From assembly GCF_009914755.1 (NCBI RefSeq), contig NC_060942.1: DNA of 64,000 nt; one strand, given 5' to 3'. Shown piece by piece: positions 58,135 to 64,000 of the stretch. This DNA is from the human T2T-CHM13v2.0 reference genome, Homo sapiens. Position numbers and translations under genes: made by a program. The notes beneath the pieces were generated by a model, which worked only from the letters and a program-made list of their open reading frames with translations, ran no database searches and had not been told where the DNA came from. Every line of letters starts with the position of its first letter. The first letter of the stretch is position 1.

Positions 58135-60599
58135 AGTGGTTGATTACTTTTTGAATAAAATCATAACTTATTGTAAAATGAGCTTGACCACTCCTAGCTT
58201 CCTTTTTCTCGTCACCTATGCATTTAATTATTATTTCACCATCATTGCTGTTGCAGTTGTTATTATTGTTGTTCATGTGTCTTAAATAAGTCTTTCATTT
58301 TACACCATTTAACCAGACATGTCTACCTTACTGATATTTCCCCACCATATGCCTCTTTCTTGTTAATCTTAATAGAGATATCAAAGACTCAAATCTCATC
58401 ATAAATTAATTCTACTTCCTCTGGGATACTTAAAAGTTTTAGGTCTCTATAAAAGCATCTGCTATAAATCTACCTTTTTCTATTCTGCAGTTTTTCTATC
58501 ATTTTTTAATCAAAACAATAAGAATAAAAGTATATCTTAAGTAATAATCCCCATGCCCATGTTATTTGCATGATATTCCATCTTAATTTTTCTGATCTCA
58601 TTATCAGTTCATTATTCAAAGTAACTTTTTTTCTCTTTCCTCAGGTTGAATGACTTGTAGTTAAAAGCATTTTTGATGGTTTTAGAAACTTCTTTCGATA
58701 AATTCTATAAATTATAGTCCAATATTTCGAAGTAACACTTATGAATAAAACTCTTCTGAACATTGGCAGATAGCGCTCTAGGAAACAGGGATCAGTGTAG
58801 CCAGGCAACGATTTCAGAATCGTCACATGGTCAAGCAGTAAGGTGAATATGGAAAATGCAGGCGGAGGTTCTATAGACCCTCTCTGGAGGAGATGTCTTA
58901 ATATTAGCATTACAAAAATGTCTCCAGCTCCCCGATCTTAAATACATAATTTGTGAATAATATTATGGGTTTGCAGCAGCAGTGAAGTATGATATATTGT
59001 TAATGCTTTTTGCAAATGTTAGAGTGGATATCTGTGAAGGCTCTATTGTCTCTGATGGCTTTCATATGGCACAGTCCAAAAAACACTTCAATCCCCTGCT
59101 AAACTAGAGATTTTACTGTTCTGCAGATCACTAGAATTTTTATTACATCTAAATAATAATAGCCATTATTAGGACCAATTCATAGCTATAGAGTTTGCAA
59201 TTTTAGGATTTTCTCTATGAATCTGGCTTATACTCCCTGGAATCTAAGCTTTCATTTTGGGGGGAAAAAAAGGTAAGTTAACTTTTTGTAGCTCTCTTGG
59301 ATAGAAAGACAGTCCTGACAAGATTTAAATACTGTGCCAGAAAGCCAAGCATATCAGGTTCCAATTAACATTCTCAATTCAAACTCATCTCAATTTTTCT
59401 CGGGTTGAAGGAGATTGGGCTATACTGAAGGGTTGTACTTATAAAGTGATTATGAAATTTTCTCCTGTCATTCAGTTTTGTGTGATATCTCTGGGCAATT
59501 TCGGATGTTGCTGCTGTAGCAACAGCGTACTTAGTGCTTGTCACATACAGGAGCATTCCGAAATTGTGAGGGAGGAGCCTTGATTTATAATGTGCTACAA
59601 ATTGCTCTCAGCACTAGAATACAAATTCAAATATAATAGTTGATACCAATCTGCAATGTATTTTGGAGTAATCCCAATTGCTTATGAAAATCCCTTGATG
59701 GTTTGGGGATACATTTTGTCTACCAAACAGTCACTCTGACTGCATTGAGAATTCAGACACAATTTTTAAAATGCAGAAGGGATTTCAGGGCAAATTAGAT
59801 TTTTCAAACCAATCCCAAGTGTTCAAAACAGAGGCATCTTTGCTTTAAGCACCACGACCCTGTAAGACTCTGCAGATAGGGTGTCTCTGAGAAGAAATTT
59901 CATTCCTGGTAAATATGACTGGGGATGTCAGTTGAGCACAACTTGAAATAATCTGTGCAGGTTAGGCGTTTTCCTACATGAAGAGAGAACAGCGCATTTC
60001 TCATTTCCTTTCACGTCTTTATTGCACAAGAGAAGCCAGTATGTGGTATCACACACACACACACGCACACAAGTAAATCCATTGGTAACTCTTTGTATAA
60101 TAGCCTAAAAAGTGCCAGTTTGGAACAAGTGTGCAATGTGGCTACTGGATCAATAGAGTTATAACATATTTTGATTACTTGATTAGAATCCAACACATCT
60201 ATAATGCATTACTTGCTTAGAATTTGATAATAAAATCATCATAAACGAATGTCAAGTTCAAGTGCCTGTATCTAACTTGAAGGGAAAGAAGCAGAGGAAA
60301 GAACTAGACTAATCAGTACACTGCTACCAGCAGGGAAAGGAGGCATTCTCAATGGGCTTGCCCTGAGCTATTGTCAGCTGAACGCAATAGCCAGCAAGAA
60401 GGCGTGGACAGTTGGAAAAAGGGAAGGCAGATTGTTTTTGTGGCAACGAACACGACCCTCGCCCATTGAAAGGCCTGAGAGAATTGCTTAACACCAGTTC
60501 CTAGATCAAGGATAGGCCAGGACAGGGCGATGTGCTCTTCCTCATGTTATAGATGGGGAGGAGGCCCACAGACATGTCTTACATTAGAAATTAAAGCCT

Positions 60600-60986
60600 T
60601 GTATTTGTTTGCTAGGGCTTCCACAAGGTACCATAGACTGGATAGCTCAAAAAAGTGAAATTTATTTTTTCACAATTCTAGAGCCTGGAAGTGTCAGATC
60701 AAGGTGTCTGCGGTGTTGGTTTCTTCTGAGGCTTCTCTTTGGCCTGCAGATGGCCACCTTCTTCTCCATATCTTCCCATGAGCTTCACTCTGTGTGTGAC
60801 TATTTAGTAATCTCCTCTTCTTACATGAACATCAGTCACATTGAATTAGGGCAACCCTAATGATCTTGTCCTAACTTACTAGCCTCTTGAAAGACCCCAT
60901 CTCCAAATACAGTCACACTCTGAGGTACTCTTGAGTTAGAATTTCAAGATATAAATTTGGGAGGGGACACAATTCAGCCCATAGCA
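60600..60986 (-). mobile_element. MLT1B-like MaLR solo LTR
   Basis: TGTATTTGTTTGCTAGGGCT...GGGGACACAATTCAGCCCATAGCA. Perfect 5-bp TSD AGCCT at 60595-60599 and 60987-60991. Confidence 0.9.
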
Positions 60987-61224
60987 AGCCTAGATGTTGA
61001 TGTTACTTATGTTTCATCTCTACTAAGTTTTCTCTTTCCTTATGCTTTTGCCACATTAGCCAAAAGCATTTTGACAAACTGGGTCCTCCCTGCTTGATAT
61101 AGTAAGAACGTGTTAAAGAAGCCAATCAAGGATTTGATACTTCTTGGTTCTAAAATAGGCCTTCTAGTTTTATTTATGCAGTTACCAACTATCTTGCACT
61201 ATAAACTTCAGAGGCTTGTGTTGT

Positions 61225-61474
61225 ATAGTTCAAGTTCAGCCATGTGACTTGCATAGGCCTTTAAAATGTAAATGAAAGTGAAGTGTGCCACTTCCAAGTA
61301 GAAGCATTCAGAGCCATTGCATGGTTCCACCGTGTTCTCCTTTCCTTTGGCCATAAGCCCTAAATGTTCCCAGATTGAGCACATATTTGAGCAAAATCAG
61401 CCTTTGTTGTTGTAAGCCACGAAGATTTTTGGAGTGGTTACCATAGCATGGTTTAGCTGAAGCTAGGTGATACA
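61225..61474 (+). mobile_element. MaLR LTR fragment (MLT1I/J-like)
   Basis: GCCATGTGACTTGC, GTGTGCCACTTCC and CCTTTGTTGTTGTAAGCCAC; ends TGATACA. Confidence 0.75.
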
Positions 61475-61752
61475 TCCTACATTCTTACCCCTGCCCCTGA
61501 GCCTCCTGCTCATCTGTATTGTTGAACAATTCATCAGTTACTATAAATCCCACTAGCATGTCCCATATAGATCCATCTGCCCACCCTGGGAGGTGTCATA
61601 AGTTCTACTTGCTCAAATAAAACTCTGATTCCTTTTGTTCCTTAATCAGCAATCAGAAAAAAGCAATTTGACGAAACTGACACATAGGAAGGTGTGCAGA
61701 AACCTCTTCTGCCCAGATTGATATATAACTTTTCTACAGAAACCTCTAATTT

Positions 61753-62000
61753 TTTTATTTCAATAGGTTTTTGGGGAACAGGTGGTGTTTGGTTACATGG
61801 ATAAGTTCCTTAGTGGTGATTTCTGAGATTTAGGTGCACTCATCACCTGAGCAGCATACACTGCACCCAATGTGTAGTCTTTTATCCCTCACCCCCTCCT
61901 ACCCTTTTCCCTGAGTCCCCACATTCCACTGTATGATTCTTATGCCTTTTGTCCTCACAGCTTAGCTCCCACTTATCAATGAGAACATACGTGATTTGGG
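61753..62000 (-). mobile_element. Short L1PB 3' end
   Basis: ATAGGTTTTTGGGGAACAGGTGGTGTTTGGTTACATG. TSD AACCTCT(A/G)ATTT at 61741-61752 and 62001-62012. Confidence 0.9.
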
Positions 62001-62204
62001 AACCTCTGATTTAAAGAGAGATGTATTAATCCAAAGAAAAGACTCTCTAATAATGGGATTTCATAAAAGTTGTCTGGGGAACAGGAAGGACATTTCAGCA
62101 TCTGTAACACTACTTTATGTACTTACAAATACCCCTCCCTGCCACAGTTAGAAAGAAAACATCAACATGTATATTCTAGTGATCATATTCAAGATACAAT
62201 TTGA

Positions 62205-62395
62205 ACTGTATATACCTATAACTACTTACCATGTGCAGACACTGTGCAAGGATCTTTGCAAACATGATTCCATATAATCTCCTCAATGGCTCTATGCAAC
62301 AGGTATGACTTTCCCCATACTGCAGATAAGTAAATAACTCTCTGGCTTCATACAGCTGGAGAGAGACAGATCCCTGCTCACAACCATGGTGCTAT
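62205..62395 (-). mobile_element. MIR
   Basis: CTTACCATGTGCAGACACTGTGCAAGG...CCCCATACTGCAGATAAGTAAA. Confidence 0.7.
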
Positions 62396-63149
62396 ATAAC
62401 AGTGACACCAATACACCTTTTATTCTCAGCATCTCGGGGAAAATAAAGCATTATTGTGGATTTTTGAGTTTTTTCCATCCCACTTTATGATCTATGCTTT
62501 AATTTTTTAATGATGTTTATGATAAAGGAGAGTAAATGGAGACAAGTATTTCCCATAAGAATGTCTTAGTCAATTCAAAATCCAAAGTTTATCTCTTCTG
62601 TTTCAAATACTTAGACATAATAGATGAGACAGAAAACATGACAAAAGAAAAAAGAAAACAACAAACCAGAAAGATGTATCAAGGCTCAAAGCAACTTAAA
62701 GGTCCCTGTGGATCAATGACACAGAAACCCACAGCAATAATGGGAAGGTGGGGGAGATGCTAAAACCACAGCCTATCAGATTCTGGTGGTCATTAAGCTC
62801 GCTCCAAAAAGGTAATAGGGACTAAAAGTGTTCCATGCCAGACAGACATCTAGAGCTAGGCTCACCGCTTGAAACCAGAAACTGGAGGGTGTCTCTCTAC
62901 TGTCCTAAAAGGAGACTTTTTTTTTTAATGCTACTGAATGAGGACTGAGGCTTCAGTTGTTAAAAAGTCAGGAGTCTAGCAAAGTGGGAGGAACCAAGTT
63001 GCCTTCTGGTTCTGTGAACAGATGAGCTATATTTCTAATACTATCAAAAATACTGTACGATGATAAAGCCTTGTTCTTAACTAGAGTGCCAGGGCCTGAG
63101 TGAAAGCAACCGTATAATCTCTAGGTAGAAAGAAGTGGGTACAAAGGGA

Positions 63150-64000
63150 GAGAGCAAAGGGAGAGAGCAAAGGAAAAAACAATCTCCCTACTTAAGATGT
63201 GTTCATAAACCCAAATCCCAAAACACAAAGAAAACAAATGTTCACAAAGAGAGCCAAAAACAAATAAATTAGTTAAATAAACTCACTTCAAATGAGATCC
63301 ATGTCATAAAACAGTCTAAGAAAGACTTTAAAATATGTGGTTAGGATGGTCAAAAACATAAATGAGCAACAGCATCTAGAAAAACATAATAACAAATAAT
63401 AAGATAAGATACTTATGAAAAATAATTAGGAGTTTTAGAATTTAAAAAATATAGAGAAAAAGAAAAAAATTAAGGGAATAAATTCTAGACTGGACTGAAG
63501 AGATTTAGTAAATTTGAGCCGTTCCGGCATGTATTCAATGGGAGTTCCAGCAAAAGATCATTGAAAAAAATGGTGGTTGAGAATTTCCCAGAGATGAAGA
63601 AAGACATACATCCTTAGACTAAATGTGTGCTTCAAGTTCTGAGGAGGATAAAGAAGAATAAATCCACACCCAGTTTGAAAAAAATCTAAAAGCTGCCAAA
63701 AATGACAGATTACCTACAAAATAATGGCAATTAGGCTGGCAACAACACTTTCATTAGCAAAAATATAGGTCAAAAGACAACAGAATAACATTTTCCAAGT
63801 GCTCAGGTAAGGAAATAGTAAATCTCAGATTTTCAGCTAAACATCTAATTAAGAGAGAGAGGGAAAAATGAAGACTTTTTTACATGTATAAAAATAAAAG
63901 AGTTTACCACTCACAGATGCTAATTGAAAGATGTATTAAAGACTATGTTCAGCATGAAGGAAAAGGGAAGCTGGCCTGAAGATAAATGTGGATGATGCAC
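63150..64000 (+). mobile_element. Old L1M/HAL1-type ORF1 relic (runs off the window)
   Basis: ENFPEMKKDIHP (GAGAATTTCCCAGAGATGAAGAAAGAC), NKSTP, QITYK..IRLA and NNIFQVL. Confidence 0.7.

Overview
This is primate (most likely human) non-coding genomic DNA, not microbial, and it is dominated by transposable elements. Large + strand LINE-1 copies include the 3' end of a young L1PA, an internally deleted near-full-length L1PA10/11-like copy, an L1MA5/6-like copy and a 5'-truncated L1PA8-like copy. There are also old L1M pieces, about 17 Alus, MaLR solo LTRs (MLT1, MST), MIR/L2/L3 relics and a MER33. I cannot support any host protein-coding exon; the long ORFs in the track are L1 ORF2 pieces, Alu read-throughs or chance ORFs. 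The main finding is a frameshifted fossil of a ZBED4/ZBED6-like hAT (Ac-family) transposase at about 17.67-18.36 kb, with a GC-box/CCAAT promoter-like patch about 0.6 kb upstream. Other notable items: (1) an L1PA10/11 with a 5'UTR deletion starting at the position of the known L1 splice donor (SpIRE-like) and a microhomology-joined ORF1/ORF2 deletion; (2) a double-hairpin templated insertion in that L1; (3) a perfect POU MORE palindrome; (4) head-to-head Alus only 51 bp apart; (5) two apparent deletion junctions; (6) a 71-nt hairpin in non-repeat DNA. Subfamily calls and protein comparisons come from recalled consensus sequences and were not checked against any database.
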